Source: Phoronis australis (taxonomy: Eukaryota; Animalia; Phoronida). Taken from it: a DNA stretch of 64,000 bases. The notes beneath the pieces were generated by a model that was given only the letters and a program-made list of their open reading frames with translations, searched no databases and had not been told where the DNA came from. Shown in pieces: positions 24,280-38,742 of this stretch (position 1 is its first letter; each line of letters opens with the position of its first letter). The DNA lies in assembly GCA_002633005.1 (NCBI GenBank), contig NMRA01000168.1, forward strand, positions 3,129 to 67,128, given 5' to 3'. The position numbers were made by a program, and so were the translations under genes.

Positions 24280-26489
24280 GTAAGAAATTAACGGAAATAT
24301 TCAAGCTTGTGTATTTATCTCACGAAAGCAGGCATCCAGCTCAAACTGGAGTAAAACGTAACGCTGAACTTTGCGCAATGCAGGGGTTACATCTCATGCG
24401 CGCACCCAGACTTCAATATGGGGGGCTCAAATTCCTGACGTTGTGGACCTTGTGCTTACAAAAGAGGGGGCGGACTAAAAAAACGAGAACACCACTATGA
24501 AGTGCGCGTTTGCGATTATTTAGTGGACTTTTGTCCCATTTTCTCGGACTTTTTGTCTCCAGGGGTGGACCTTCTTGCCCNGGTGCGCGCATGCATTTCC
24601 AATGCTTCCGTCGTGTTTCAAATTTATTGCGAAACGGTTTTCTGTTGTAAACATCCGGTCACATCACAGGTAGCTTGTAAACATGTAACACTGATAATTT
24701 GTGTTTAGGTGGTAAAGTTTAATTCAGCGTGACCGAATGTTGCGTGCCTTGAGAGTTTTTGCGCAATATATTTGCTGATCGTCCGGTCAGCACGTTGGCG
24801 CAAAGTGTGGGGCATACCGTATTGTCTTGCCTTTACTCCTATGGGCCTATATCCGAAATAATGCCCTGTTAGCGGCCTTTTTTAACCTAACTTTCGCAAA
24901 TATGCGCAGTTCTGCACAGACGCTCGTGGGCTTAATAGCGCGGCGATACGGTAGTATTCGTGAATGACTGTCCGCAAATATTTGGACATTTGGGTTGGCA
25001 TAATGATTGGACAGAATTATTTAAGCCTTCCGATTGGCTGATGTTGAGGAATGCACAAGTATATTGCTCCATCTAGCACATTTTTACACAAGTACCCAAT
25101 TAATCTCACTGCACTCGATAGACAGTTTAATGCAAGCCCAGTGTGAAACACACGAATACATGCGTGCTTGCCTGGCTGTTTCCTTCATTATACATAACAT
25201 AGTGGCTCCTCTCTTCGCAGATTGATATGAAATCGGCGAACAATGAGTGCCTCCGCGTGATCGAACGCAAGAACGCACCGTGCGGCCATTTCCAATACAC
25301 GAGTTCACGGTTTGGAGTTGGACATGCACTGCACATGTGTAGTAGCATAAGAAATCTAGAAAGAGAAAAAAACGACTTTTACTTTGCACTCTATGGAGAC
25401 TCCACAAAAAGTGCATATATCTCCTTAAGTAACGAGTAAATGTCGAAAATTTAGTGTGAATGCGTGCTTCGATTGTGTAGTATGGTGATATGTCGTAAGG
25501 ACTCGTAAAGACTTGCGTGATCAAACTCTACAGAACCCAGCCAAATATGGAATGCCAAAGCGGAAAAAATCAAGGACACATATTTTCTTTTCAAGAATTA
25601 AATTTTCTACTGGACGCAAAATATTCCCAAAACTAAAACAAAACGTGTCATTTATCACGTCATGACTAAAATTTAACACGTCAGACCCGAAAGTTTATCA
25701 CGCCAAGACATAGAATTTCTTGCCAGGAAAAAATTTCTTGCCAGGAAAAAATTTCTTGCCAAGGGACCACGTGACAATGACGATCCGCTGTGTCTCTGTA
25801 ATACTCAGCCTTATACAAGTCTATTGTGTCCAAGTGTACATTGGCGTGTGATGTAAAATTTGGAACAGACGACAGAAATTTAACCCGATTGTCACGATAA
25901 TGTGACTTTCGTGTGCGAGACATTGTGTATCTCTACGTCATCTCCGCGCTTGTGGATGGTCACGTGGTCTCCTCGCATAAAATTTTCCTGGCGTGTGAAA
26001 TTTTAGTCCTGAAGACGTAATAAATTTTTGGTCCTGACATGATAAATGATGGATCGTCGCGGGAAAAAAATTTGGTTTACAGAATGTAATTATTGAATAG
26101 AAAATTTGTGTCCTGGATTTTTTTCTGCTATGGTTTCCGTAGCCAACCTTCATTGTTTATTAGGGCCGTCACTGAGCATCACATGACTGTCACCTAATAC
26201 TCCTTGCATGCGCGCACCCAGCCTTTAATATCGGAACTCGAATTTCTGGCGATTTGGACCTCTTGCTGACAAAAAAGAGCGGCAGGACTTAAAGAACGGG
26301 GTACCACCTTACCTTAAGAACTGTGTCTGCTCCTTTTTAGTGGACTTTTGTCTCGTTTTCTCGGACTTTTTGTTTCTCTGAGGCGGACCTTTTTGCCCAC
26401 TTCGCCCCCGTTCGTGCGCGCATGCCTTGGTATACCACACTCGTTTGTTTTATGTCCATGTCGCAACTGGCTGATTTCATGCCCTTCAG

Positions 26490-26644
26490 AGAGCTTTTTC
26501 ACTTACGGTGAAAATGGATACCTGTTCCTAAACAAAGTTATGGGGAGTTACAATTACTCAGATGTCCAGACGCATTGCCGGTCGTTCAATGGGGAGGTTG
26601 TGGCACCTGTCGATTATGCGGAAAACAGATGGATCCTGGAAACG
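26490..26644 (+). CDS. Lectin exon 5 (CTLD2 N-part: SFFTYGENGY...YSDVQTHCRSFNGEVVAPVDYAENRWILET)
   Basis: Acceptor ccttcag| and donor |gtaatg. Paralogous to exon 2. Confidence 0.9.
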
Positions 26645-27065
26645 GTAATGTGGTCATAAGAATTTGCATTCATCCTGCATTCTAGACTTAATTTAAATAT
26701 GTATTTCGGAATGCGACGTTCATTGTGTATCTATAGTAAATTTCCATATTCGTAAAAAATACAATGCTATAATTTTCAATTCTTCGGTAGCACTGAGGTA
26801 TAACATTCCGGTATTGTTTTACAATTGGGGGCATGCTTAACAAAATATGCGTAAGCTAATTAAATTCTATGTCAAAACGTGACACCTTAAAATTACTAGT
26901 ACTTCTACACATTGAATGTGAGTAAGATTTTTTTTGTTTTACAATTTGGGGCATGTTTAACAAAGTATGCGTTAGCAAATAAAATTCTCTGATGAAACGT
27001 GTCACATAAAAATTACTAATATATTTACACATTGAATGTAAATAGGAGTTTATTGTGTTCAATAG

Positions 27066-27171
27066 GTGACGTCACTTGGAATTACCTTCCCCATATGGAT
27101 TGGAGTTGATGACCAGGCAAACGAAGGAACATTTGTAGTGACAAGAAGTGGTGATCAACCGACGTACACAA
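27066..27171 (+). CDS. Lectin exon 6 (CTLD2 middle: VTSLGITFPIWIGVDDQANEGTFVVTRSGDQPTYT)
   Basis: Acceptor caatag| and donor |gtaaga. Has the WIG.DD...EG.F motif. Confidence 0.92.
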
Positions 27172-29789
27172 GTAAGAAGATGCTGTCGTCCAATACATGT
27201 CATTATTACTTCCCAAGACTCTCCCCCAGCAATTTCGGTAAAAATAGCGATTAGGGAATGCACACGGTGAATTCTAAGAATATTTTAACATTTAAACCTC
27301 ACCGCCCAATAAATTCAGTGACAGCCATTTTGTTTGGAACGCTAACAGCTTGAGGTTTGGAGCATTCTCGCCAAAGACTCATCTTTCATTCACGTGATTT
27401 TGCGTGAATTTGCCCTTTTTGTAGTTGCTTGCGTCTGTACAACGTACCTCTGGCATCATGCACCGCATGTAGTGTACATGCATATATGCGTCCACTTAAC
27501 AACTAATGGCAAGAAGTCCTGCGTTCAGAAATGTGCTTCGTTTTAAAAGTACTGTTTCCTAAAATTGATGTATATCCTTTAAAAGGACAAAAATCCAATG
27601 AAAGTCTGACTCACTTCCACTTTAATCTGTAAACAATCTTTTTAAATTAAGTTGAAATGTTAGATTGTTTATTTTTTTACCTAAACAGACGGGGGAGGCT
27701 TTTTCAAGAACTGACGTCAGGCGCTTTTTGTGGCCGTAATTTGGAAAATGCGGGCGAAAAATGACGTGTTTCGGGAATGGAGATTTATGGGACTGTGATC
27801 GAATTTCAACATTTGACATTGGAAAAAGGCCAAAAGAACTGGGAATCGGAATGGGACCCTGTTTCCCCCTCTATGAACAGGTTGATGATGAATCTATTGT
27901 CACCAGTTATCCGAAATCCGTAAATAAGGCGGTTATCTCGGTAAAATAGTTTAAACCTGCTACAAATCACGTTACTGAGATAATTTCTATTAATTAATTC
28001 TAGATTGGAATGTGCTCAGTATAACTTGGATAAAACATTATTGAGTGCCTGTAAAAATTTAGCGTAGGATCAAATTTCTATCTTGAGTCTTCAGACACTT
28101 TTCATAAAACAGACCCCTGGTATTCAAAACATTAACTTTCTTTACAGGCGTAATTACTCTTTCAAATTTTGTTCTTCCTTGGCTATAACATGGGGATACA
28201 ATTGAAGATAACGGTTTTATAAAATTCCATCTTTATTACAAGTACTCGAAGTTTCACATCTTCCACTGAGATGTATTATCAAGAGAATGATTACACACAA
28301 CATGCGAAACATACACTGTATGGCGGTAAAATTACAGAGACTGTGTGAATAGTTGGTTGTCATAGAATGACGACATTCCATTTGGTTTGGGTTTGTGTGG
28401 AAGTTGTTAAATGTTGAGTACCTGTAATAAACATGGGATTTTATATAAAACCTTGATCGTCAATTTTTTACTTTTTCAAAGCAACGTCATCGTGATTTAG
28501 CACTTTTAAGTGAAAAAGTTTAACTGACTATGTCGCTAATAAGTCGCCAGGAATCCTCTTGATGGTCGTGCTACCTTGGTAATTGCAACTAACCTGCCGT
28601 GAAAAACAACTTTTCATATGAATCTTAGCTGACCTGACCCATCAATTCTTCTCAAGCCTATCAATTATTTTTAATTTTAGCAAAGATAGCACCGAGTTTT
28701 GTTACAGCAAGTGGCGTAATTCAAAAGCTGTTTCCGCTGAATGCGCTCCTGTAAATATCCAGACATTCCTGACGTAAATATCCTACGTCTGCGCCAGAAC
28801 TGAAGTGTAATACATGTAGGTCACCAATCAAACGATGCGCTACTTTTTAAGCTTAGGAGTTAAATCTGGCGGACAGACTCCAACCAATAGGTCCGCAAAG
28901 TGCAGGTTTTGCTTGACAGTTTTGGAAAACAAAGGTTCACAAACAAGTTTGGAATTTACCTTCACAGTTGCTACGAAACATACATTTTGTCTAAAACATT
29001 CACCATCTGTTTTGTTCACGTGACTTTCACAACTATATGCAGTTCAAAATTATACAAATCATCCGTTAAATAACGCCTGCACTTAATCCTGTTTTAAATG
29101 TACTTCTGATTGTTGCTTGACCCTATGTCGTATTAAAAATAGTTCCATTCAACTGTATCGATAGCGAAACAGAATGTAAGCGTGATCGGACAACTTATTA
29201 TTCGATCAGGTGTGTGTGGCTACACTTCAAAGATGCTGCTCCAACAATCAACAGAAAATCGTGTACTGTTCTAATGGGCATATGGCGGACATCGAATTTC
29301 GGACAGTGGCAGCTAATGTTGGTAAACTAATTGAAATCGATCGTCATTCTGAAGTGAACTGTCAGTACTCGCCGATAGGTGTCAGTCGACATCACCCGAA
29401 GATCTGCCGATGTTCTGTGATATTCTGCCGGACATCGAAAATTTTTAACTTTGTTCAATCGCTCACCGATTTTTGCCGTTGCTCCCGATAATCTCCTGAT
29501 CCATAGGATAATGGCCCGAATGTTTACCATTTATCGCATGCCGCGAATTCGCAGCACCTGTGTCCATCGACGTTCTGAGTTCTGTCACCACGCCTAGAAA
29601 AGGCCCGTAGGTAGGGGGTGTGGCGGATTCTTCCTTAGTCAAACTGGGATGATTTCAGGGCTTCAAAAAACTGACATTTCGTTATTTCTTCAAACCAGGT
29701 GTGACCTGAAACTTAATTAGCTTGGTTTGAAAAAATATAAAACTGTCAGTTCTCCCCGAACCCAAAGATCACTTCTAAACTGATAGTAT

Positions 29790-30640
29790 CAGAGTGTTCC
29801 TCCGAAACGGGAAATCCGGTGAAAACAGACAGTCGAAATTAGACTACCGCACCTTCAAAACAGCTAACCAGCCCTGACGACACAAACCCCGAGGATCGGA
29901 CAGGACACTCGGTGATTGAAACACCTTTCCCGCACTTTCTGTCAAACATTGATGAAATATAAATCTTCCTACTTTAAATGTTGTTGCGATATATTGTTTT
30001 ACTATCTATGAGAATTTTAGACAACTTATGTCGGATTGGCGTTCAACGTTCTGCTGCTACGTAATATTGCGTCACTTATTGTCCAATTTCCTTTTCCACA
30101 CTTGAAAGTGGAAATTTTATTTTGGTTCTTCATTTTTAAAATATTTTTCAGAAACTATTGAATAATAAAAATTAACTAAGTATTCACGGAGATAACAACG
30201 TGTTGAAAATATAGATGTTGAAATTCGCCCAAAGTCAAGTTGCAGGAGTTTTATTGATAAAAATCAAATAACTAAGTCAATACAATATAAGTTACGTTTT
30301 ATAATTGACAATTTTTAACAAGCAAATGCAGAAACATGGGCGGCGCACCATAGGGGGCTGGTAGGCTATAGGTCCTATTTTTTTTCAGTGCTGTGTCGTC
30401 CATGAAAAACAACTGGAAAGTACTTAAAGATGTTGTAATTCAAAGTTTGAGGCTACGGACATCTGTCTCAAAAAAAATTAAATTGTTCGGGTTTCCTGTC
30501 CGTTCCCTGGGACTCATGTTTTTATTGTCGGGGTTCGTGTTTCTTCGCGCTAGTTAGCTGTTTTGAAGGTGCGGGAGTCCGTTTTCGACTCCGGGATATT
30601 TGATTTACACCGGGGTTCCTGTTTCGATGGAACACTCTGA
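29790..30640. repeat. Long imperfect inverted repeat (DNA-transposon arms)
   Basis: cagagtgttcc...cgcaccttcaaaacagctaac (29790-29870) is inverted at ~30550-30640. Confidence 0.55.
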
Positions 30641-31216
30641 GTAAGAGGACCCTGAGCTTTAGAAGAATATTTCAGGAGTACTGTCACCTGGCAATTTACG
30701 TTTTTGTTGTGTGACTAAATCAAGTGTTTCTAATTCATTATTTGAAAAATACATGCTTTTTAAAAGTTGTAAGTTTTTTAAAGAAGTTCATATAGATTTA
30801 ATTGTTATGAATGTTTAGCAACATAGTGTGTTGTAAATAACATCATTAACCAATCACAAACTGCGAAACCCATTTCTGGCAGCCGTGGTAGATTCAAAAC
30901 AGCTACCACGGGTACCAGAATAACAAATTCTTGGCTGGTAGCTAAAAGTACCGTTAATACAGTTTAGCCAAAGTTATGGAAATTTTTGATCAGATTTAAA
31001 AATCTGGTCATGACAAGGCAGTCCATTGAAATTTTCTTGCTTGAATAGCCTGCGTCAGAATTTTTTGTAGTGTTTCCAGGGTCTTGAAAAAACAATAAAA
31101 TTGTTGAGAATTTGATCAGTCATGTTTAGGTAAGTAATGTATATATTATGTTATGCTTATTTCGAAAAAAATGACGTCAGGTTGAAAGGGGATCATTTGA
31201 AATACCTTTCAGTTAA

Positions 31217-32816
31217 AGGAAAATGCCACCCGATTTAATTGGTCTTTTTTACGGTCGACCTTATCTTGCAAAGAGGTATCGCGTTAACCTGTGAGGAAGG
31301 TGAGAAACGACGCTTGCGACGTCAGTGGTTCATATGCAGAGTGAATGCCGCTATGTTGCGGTACAACGTTCCCGCTTGTCCGAACTAAGCAGCTGCGAAG
31401 AAAGCGCGTATATCGTTTTTTTTTCACTTCCTCGAGAGTCCGAAATGCTTAGGAAGTGGCTCATGGTAGTGAAGAATGAAATGAACGCTGTAAATAGCAA
31501 GTATGAGGCCGTGAAACATCTCCGTGTCTGTGGCCGTCGACAGTGCCTGACGAATGCCGGCTTACCAAATAACTCCATACGTTCCGTTGTCTGAGCTTGT
31601 GCTCGGCGCCTCTCTAGTATTTCTTCATCACTGTATTCCTGTTCGAATTGATAGCCTGTAAAACTTAACGATCCACCTGCGAAGTCGGGACTGATGAGCT
31701 CTAGCTCAGTTGTCCTAAGTCGGGATTGCGAGTTGCCATGTTGGCGTTTGTTTACTGAGCGTTCAGTTTCAAAATGAATTATTCTCACCCTAACCAAAAC
31801 TTATATAAAACCGAAACAAAGTGTGTCTCATTAGATGCAATTTGTAATGCCTTTGGAGTGTTCGTGAGTGCAAATGATTTGAGAAGCCAGCAATGAATAA
31901 ATCACAGCGTTACCGGCTTTATGTGCAATGAAAACTAATTGACGGGACACCTAGGCCGTGTGAGCTCATGCTAATTTAGTGTTTGCTGGCAGAAACTGTA
32001 ATGAAACAACTCGATTTCCATCCCATGGCCAGGTGTTAAGGGAACCTTTATTTACATTTACATTACTAAAATTTTGACGGTGCTGTGGCCAACTTAAAGC
32101 GGAACCTGAATTCGCGGCCCTCAACGAGTAAGTAGATTTGCAGTTTCGTGGCTAATTCACCAACATAATCAGTTGCACATTACTTTGGCTCACTAGTATA
32201 GTATTTTCTTGACTGAAAGTTTAGTTTCCACTGAACTTTGGCTGGTTTATGTTCGTGATGTCTGATCAGTTTCCGAGCCACTGGNGCCGGCCGCGACGGG
32301 CCTGATCGGGCTCCGAGCCACTGTCCAGGCTAACAAGCGTTTTGTGTTTAGAACTCAAAAAATCACAAGTCTAAACAGCACAGATCTAGGTTCTCCTGTC
32401 TGTATCTCACTGAAAATACTTCGAAATTATATCCGAACAGACCCCAAATTCCTGCTACGGACCTTATTGGCCGCCGAACTTTGTATGCTACGATGTATCC
32501 AAATACCAATAAATCCGTAAGAGCGAAATAAAACAAAACGTTCTTTATAAGAACTCGATGTATTTTAAAGGGTTTTACATCGAAGTTTGATGATTTATTG
32601 ATGTTAAACGATGAGTTCAAGCGATAAGCTGACACCAGTAACCTGTGTTGTAAACTGCTGAATAGACTGCGTGTGAAACCGATTACGTCACTGGATAATT
32701 TCAACACCTCCGTCTGCCGTCAGGTGTCAGGTAACGCAACCGTACGTGTCGTTTTGGAGTAGAACTACTCGATCTAAATTGATACAAATTAGGTTGTTTT
32801 TGGGTGACATGCTCCT
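31217..32816 (+). mobile_element. Kolobok-like DNA transposon (non-autonomous)
   Basis: TTAA TSD (31213-31216, 32817-32820) and TIR agga(aa/gc)atg(c/t)caccc. THAP relic FFSLPRESEMLRKW..RVC at 31345-31540 and an opposite-strand GYQFEQEYSDEE motif. Contains an N at 32285. Confidence 0.8.
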
Positions 32817-33504
32817 TTAAGCAGGATTGCGCTAAAATACATGTTTTGCTGATGCGAACAAAACGAACTGCAAAGAGTATTTAATTTGTCTGTGCGAGCA
32901 TCATTTGCATAGAGTTCTAAATGAATGAACCCAACAACGAGCAGTAATGAAACCATGTTTGACATTTCTTATGTTTTCCGAAAAACTTCCAACCATTTCG
33001 TAACAGATAATTGGTTGTTTGATATCACTTCTACACTGGAAAATGTAGGTATGACCAATCAATACTATGTAATGGAACTGCATCAGCCTTTGTGAAAGCC
33101 TAGAGTTCTGTTGTTGTACATATACTTCACCCAAACACTTTTAAAAACTTCGTTGCCAAAACCACTTTTAAGCAACTTTAACCTGAAAACGCACTTTTCC
33201 ACAAACAACTTCACTTGTACAAGTGAATGAATGGTGACATTGTATCATTCACTCATTTTACTAATTCATCATCGGCATATTACTATAAAATGTTCAACTT
33301 TAAATTCAAACAATACACATATGAATGAGATGAAAATCGTATTCATGAGACTGTTTTTAAGCTCCTCACTACATGCCAGGGCCCACTGTGAGCATAATAT
33401 TCCTGTCATATGAAAATTGGTGAAATAATCATTTATTTGATGACAATGCGGTAAAGTTTGCCCCAAAGTGAGAGGCAGTCATCAATTAAACTGTTATCGC
33501 GCAG

Positions 33505-33627
33505 ATTGGGGTGGCGGTGAACCAAACAACGCTGGAGGTGTTGAGGACTGCGCGACGTTAACTATTACAGGAATTTGGAATGACGTCCCCTGTTGGCTTG
33601 ATTACAGTCTTGTGTGTCAATTACCAG
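33505..33627 (+). CDS. Lectin exon 7a (CTLD2 ligand loop, EPN/WND: WGGGEPNNAGGVEDCATLTITGIWNDVPCWLDYSLVCQLP)
   Basis: Acceptor cgcag| and donor |gtaaag. Canonical EPN, EDC and WND Ca2+-site-2 motifs. Confidence 0.95.
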
Positions 33628-36600
33628 GTAAAGTACAAGTGTGCGTTCTCTGTAACAACGCAATAATAGCGTTCTTCATCTTTTGTCAAGCGACAGTGAG
33701 TTTTGTGTCTTTTAATTGCGAGAAATGAAGAGAAAATCAACGAAACCAAACCAGAACAGTAAGTCGAGTACGCCTATTTTCAAAACCCAAAGACGGTACT
33801 GGCGCAGGAATGAGGCACGAGATTATTTATTATTATGCGCTAACTGCGAAGCGATACTATATAATGTAAGCCTAACAGCAGACAACGGTATATTTTGGTC
33901 GATCGTCGTCTTTGTCTATTGTTACCTAAAGTTACATTATCTAATCTGTCTAAGTACCGACTGTACGGTGTCTTATCCCAAACTCAGGAATGGCCTACGC
34001 CCGTAACGTTTGTAATTTTTTTAAATAGATGTACTGATTGTAAGCTTGTGTTCGTTTACCTCAATTTTATGCGCCCACATGTTCATGTGTGGGTGCTTGT
34101 TGCCGTCATCACTGTCTGGCATCTGCTGCTGTATCTTGTAAACACTTTGCTGACGGGTTCTTAATGATATTTGGCAGACGGTTTCTAAGCCTATGAAACT
34201 GACGACCGACAACGACGAGTTTCGGACCCATCGGACTACCGCTCTTCCCATAATAGTAATTTTAGCTTTTTTACATTTGTCTCTGTATCTGTGGAGTTCT
34301 TTGATGGATTTTTATGAAATTTGGAAATATGTTTCTGATAAGGAGACAACGGCGCTTTTCCGTTTTGCGGGCGGATTCTGCGTGGCCAGTTTAAAGGTTT
34401 TTGAGAATGTTTGTAATACCACTGTATCCGCCAAACCGCCCAAGAAAGCTCATTGTGAGAAGTGTTTCTGACGAGAAGACCGTGGCTCACGCTGATTTTG
34501 GACAGGGGCCACTGCTCTGGCTACCCTAATGGCAATTTCGTGTTTTTGGCGCCCGTAGCTGTATCATCTCAACCTTTTGGCGATCTTTTTAGTGTTTGGC
34601 ACATGAGTGGCAACGGATGACGACGAGTTTCAGACCAATCCTACTGACTACAGCTTTGCTCACTAATGGCGATTATATGTATTCTACGTTTGTCTCTGTA
34701 CCGTTTTAAACTTAATTGGGGAATTTTCGTGAAATTGGACAAGCGCCACCTAGTGATTATTTCTGTTACTTCGTCTGCTTTTTTTATCCGCCATACTGCT
34801 CAAAGGATCCCTATGTAACTTGGAGTTGTGTTGCTAATGAGAAGGCCATGACTGAAGTTGATTTTACGACACGACTGACTACTGTGGGATACCCTAGTGA
34901 TGACTGCGTATTTTTGCGACCACGGTTGTAGCTCCTGATTCCTTTGCATGCGTGAACTATTGCACGAGTGTTTCTCAGTAAATATGACAACGGCTGCTGA
35001 TGGATCATGGCTCGGACTACCGCTGTACTCCCTAGTAATAATTTTAGTTCTTACGTTTGCTTCTATATCCTTCGAGGTCCTAGGCGGATATTTATGAATT
35101 TTTTCAGTTAGTTTTGTATTAGAAAGGCGACGATGATGAGGCTCTAATTTCTGACAGGTTAGACATATTCTTCACTAACTCGGTAATGGTCATTTTTATG
35201 ATGATGAAATACCTCTAGAATCACACCGTTTGCGGTGCAGTCGCGGTTACATTTCCACGCTTCGCGTTGCTCTTGTGCAACATTTTATTGTTCTGGTCGG
35301 TGAAGGTTACCTCTTTTTCATGCCAACAAAAACGGAAAACCATGTGTGAGGTCCAGTAGTATTAACCAAAAGGCGTTCCCCAGACAGAGCAACCATACGG
35401 GTTTCAGTAAGAAATTGAGAGCCTTGTCAAACCACAATAACAATGTAAATGGGCCTCCTCAGCTAATGCAGCAGAATCATCTTCAGAGCACAAACTATTA
35501 AAATTCTTCTTTGACACAATTTGTGGCTAAAGGAGTACCACAGGCTGCTGTAATCCTGAAATTGCGACAGCTTCTGCAGACCTTCGAACCTCAAATTGTC
35601 ATATTTTTTGTTGCTACACTCTTTAGGTTTGTCAATCTTTTACTAGAAGTACGCAAGTCGTCTCATGAGTATCAGATTTGTGGACACACTGAAGCTCAAG
35701 TGTATCCACTTCTCCAATAGCTTTACAGCTAACAGGTGGCGCTGCTCGGGCCAATTAGATCGTGTGACTTGTGAAAATAAACTACACACGTGGTAGTCTT
35801 TGTGGATGTTAACAACAAGAGAGTAAAAGCGTTTTTGTTTTCTTCGATACACTTCCACGGGGATTTAGGCTGGGGAAAGTTTTTCAATTTTAATGAACCG
35901 TCGCTTGGACGGTAGTGCGGAAATTAATTCTATTTACCAACCAATCTAAAATGTTTTCAAGGTTAGAAGTAGACTGAGCTTTCAACCTATGCATATTGTT
36001 TAAATCGACTTTCGTTTCAGTAGGCCAAATGTCATAGCATCGGGATCAAGCGCCTATGACACCTGACAAATTACTGGCAACAGAGCAGAAATACACATGC
36101 GCAGCTTTGAATATTTTTGATATTCAAAAGATAATACATAGGTCGCAATTTAGCATCAGCAGGCCGGGATGGATCCAGGATTTTTAAAAGGGTCGGATCA
36201 AGGATTTTTTAAAAGGGGGACCAAGTCAACAACTTGAAAATCTGATATCGCCAAAATCAAGAAAAAATGGGTGGCGGATCCCCTTGACCCCTCCCCGGAT
36301 ACGCCTATAAACAGCGAGAAAGAGTTATGTTTAAAAGACTTTGCCGTATTGTTTTCAAACTTGCATCATAAATATCCGAACAAAAATTGGTCAAATCGTG
36401 TGCCTTGGATTGCATTTGCGGGTAAAGCGCCATGTGATTTGTTATTACATGTCATGCCACGTGTTAGTGGTAAAGCTCTTGGTCGAGCGGTTTAATGCTG
36501 CTTCAAATTGGATAGAACTGAATAGAAAGTTAAAAACAGAAACAAGACGACCTTTCGATATTACTCAATATCATGATCAGGCATATATGTAATACAGTCA

Positions 36601-38742
36601 GTGCACAGTTGAAACAACACATGTATACATACAAAGTCGATAAAAATAGAATTGTACCCAATTATCACTTCATTGATGTCGATTATATTGCGGCAATTTG
36701 TGATTCGAACGTATACCCGAACTGCCACACCTTGAAGATCANCAGGCCGGGGTGGATCCAGGATTTTTAAAAGGGTCGGATCAAGGATTTTTTAAAAGGG
36801 GGACCAAGTCAACAACTTGAAAATCTGATATCGCCAAAATCAAGGAAAAATGGGTGGCGGATCCCCTTGACCCCTCCCCGGATACGCCTATAAACAGCGA
36901 GAAAGAGTTCTGTTTAAAAGACTTTGCCGTATTGTTTTCAAACTTGCATCATAAATATCCGAACAAAAATTGGTCAAATCGTGTGCCTTGGATTGCATTT
37001 GCGGGTAAAGCGCCATGTGATTTGTTATTTCATGTCATGCCACGTGTTAGTGGTAAAGCTCTTGGTCGAGCGGTTTAATGCTGCTTCAAATTGGATAGAA
37101 CTGAATAGAAAGTTAAAAACAGAAACAAGACGACCTTTCGATATTACTCAATATCATGATCAGGCATATATGTAATACAGTCAGTGCACAGTTGAAACAA
37201 CACATGTATACATACAAAGTCGATAAAAATAGAATTGTACCCAATTATCACTTCATTCATGTCGATTATATTGCGGCAATTTGTGATTCGAACGTATACC
37301 CGAACTGCCACACCTTGAAGATCACTATGTTGACAAAGACACCTTCCGGTAGTCAGTTTTATCTTAAGGTGCCTAGATGGGTGGTAGCCTCGGGACTTGT
37401 TTGTCTTTTGTGGATTCCTGGCTTGGCATGTATTAGAAAATGGAATTATTATCTAAACTTTTAAGCATGAACAATTGTCATGTGTTAAAAAGTAGACATC
37501 TGTTGCTCTTCAAAAGATATGCATGCCATAATTGCGTTTTTTTTGCTTTAACAGAAACTGTTTCGGCCTGGAGTTGACCGGAATTTGTTCGATGACCAAA
37601 CTGACTTTGCGGCGAAAGACGATATGACCCTGCCTTCGTCACAAACCAGTTTTTGATTTAGACCACTTATGGTTATGAAATTGGTCTCAAATCTTATAGT
37701 AGTTAAAATATGAATGATTTCTGGGTTCGGAAAGAACTGACAGGACTTTATTGTTTGATCAAAGCATGTCATTTCATTTGACGAGCACGGGCTGTAGGAA
37801 TAATGATCTGTCAAGTCTTAGCAAATACAAACATTGTTTCTCGTCTGAGTAAGGAAAAGTTGAGATCAACTTTATACTATTGAGAGGACTAAATCAAAAG
37901 AATGCGGGTTTGTTTGTTGCAACTTATTACTCGCTGTGACCAGCAAAATTTAAAGTTCATAAACCCCTGTTTTTACTATTTCAGGTGGGCTTTAAATTGT
38001 TTGGAGTTTTAGGTCGAGAAGACCTAACGAACTTCCACAAAATTTAGGTTTTTTTGACAAAGGAGTATATCTTTGATCGACAAAATTAAAGCTGTATTTC
38101 GTCCTGTTTAGCCGGCTGAAAAAAATGTAGCCTCATGATGCCGTCATATTGCTGTTCGTGGATTCCATATCCATTACCAAGAAGAACGTTCAAACCACCA
38201 GCGCCTCACTTCGGACTTTACTGGGGTTTGCAAACCCTAAAATTGTGCATTTGCGTGCACGTTTTGCCTCTTACTTCAGTTACCGGCTCGTTTGATTGGA
38301 TTGGCGTGGCAATGTTTTTAACCTCAGAGCCCTTTAGTTACGAATTCAACATTGCGAAATGCCGCTTTAACTATTCCATGTTCCGGAATCATGGTTTATG
38401 GCAGTGGTTCGTCTAATTCCAATTATATCCCCACCAGCGTGATGGGTTATAATTTATTTTGTCGTTTATAGCTCAAAACCGAATTGTCTGACATTGTATA
38501 GCGGTGCTCTTGGTGGTAGACTCCAAGTATTCTGCATTTGCCTTCTGTGATTTCTGGTACTGTCAATGAGAATGGAATTGTGATCTTAAAAACAGAATTG
38601 CGGCTCATAGAGATGAACTATAGCTCGTGGGCAAAGAAGTATTCTCATGAGTGAAGGACGTCCATACGGTCTATGAGGTGAGGACGTTTGTCTACCTCAG
38701 ACTTGCCTTGCCAATGAAACCAATTTTTATGTTTTTGTATAG

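Noticed and set aside
35330-35720. Coding-looking minus-strand stretch shared by both duplicated introns (also 41690-42050)
   Set aside because: Stops and frame changes differ between the copies and I recognise no motif.
36160-37323. Near-identical ~583-bp tandem duplication (with duplicated ORFs)
   Set aside because: The junction is the N at 36742, and the paralogous intron (46050-46600) has one copy. Assembly artefact.
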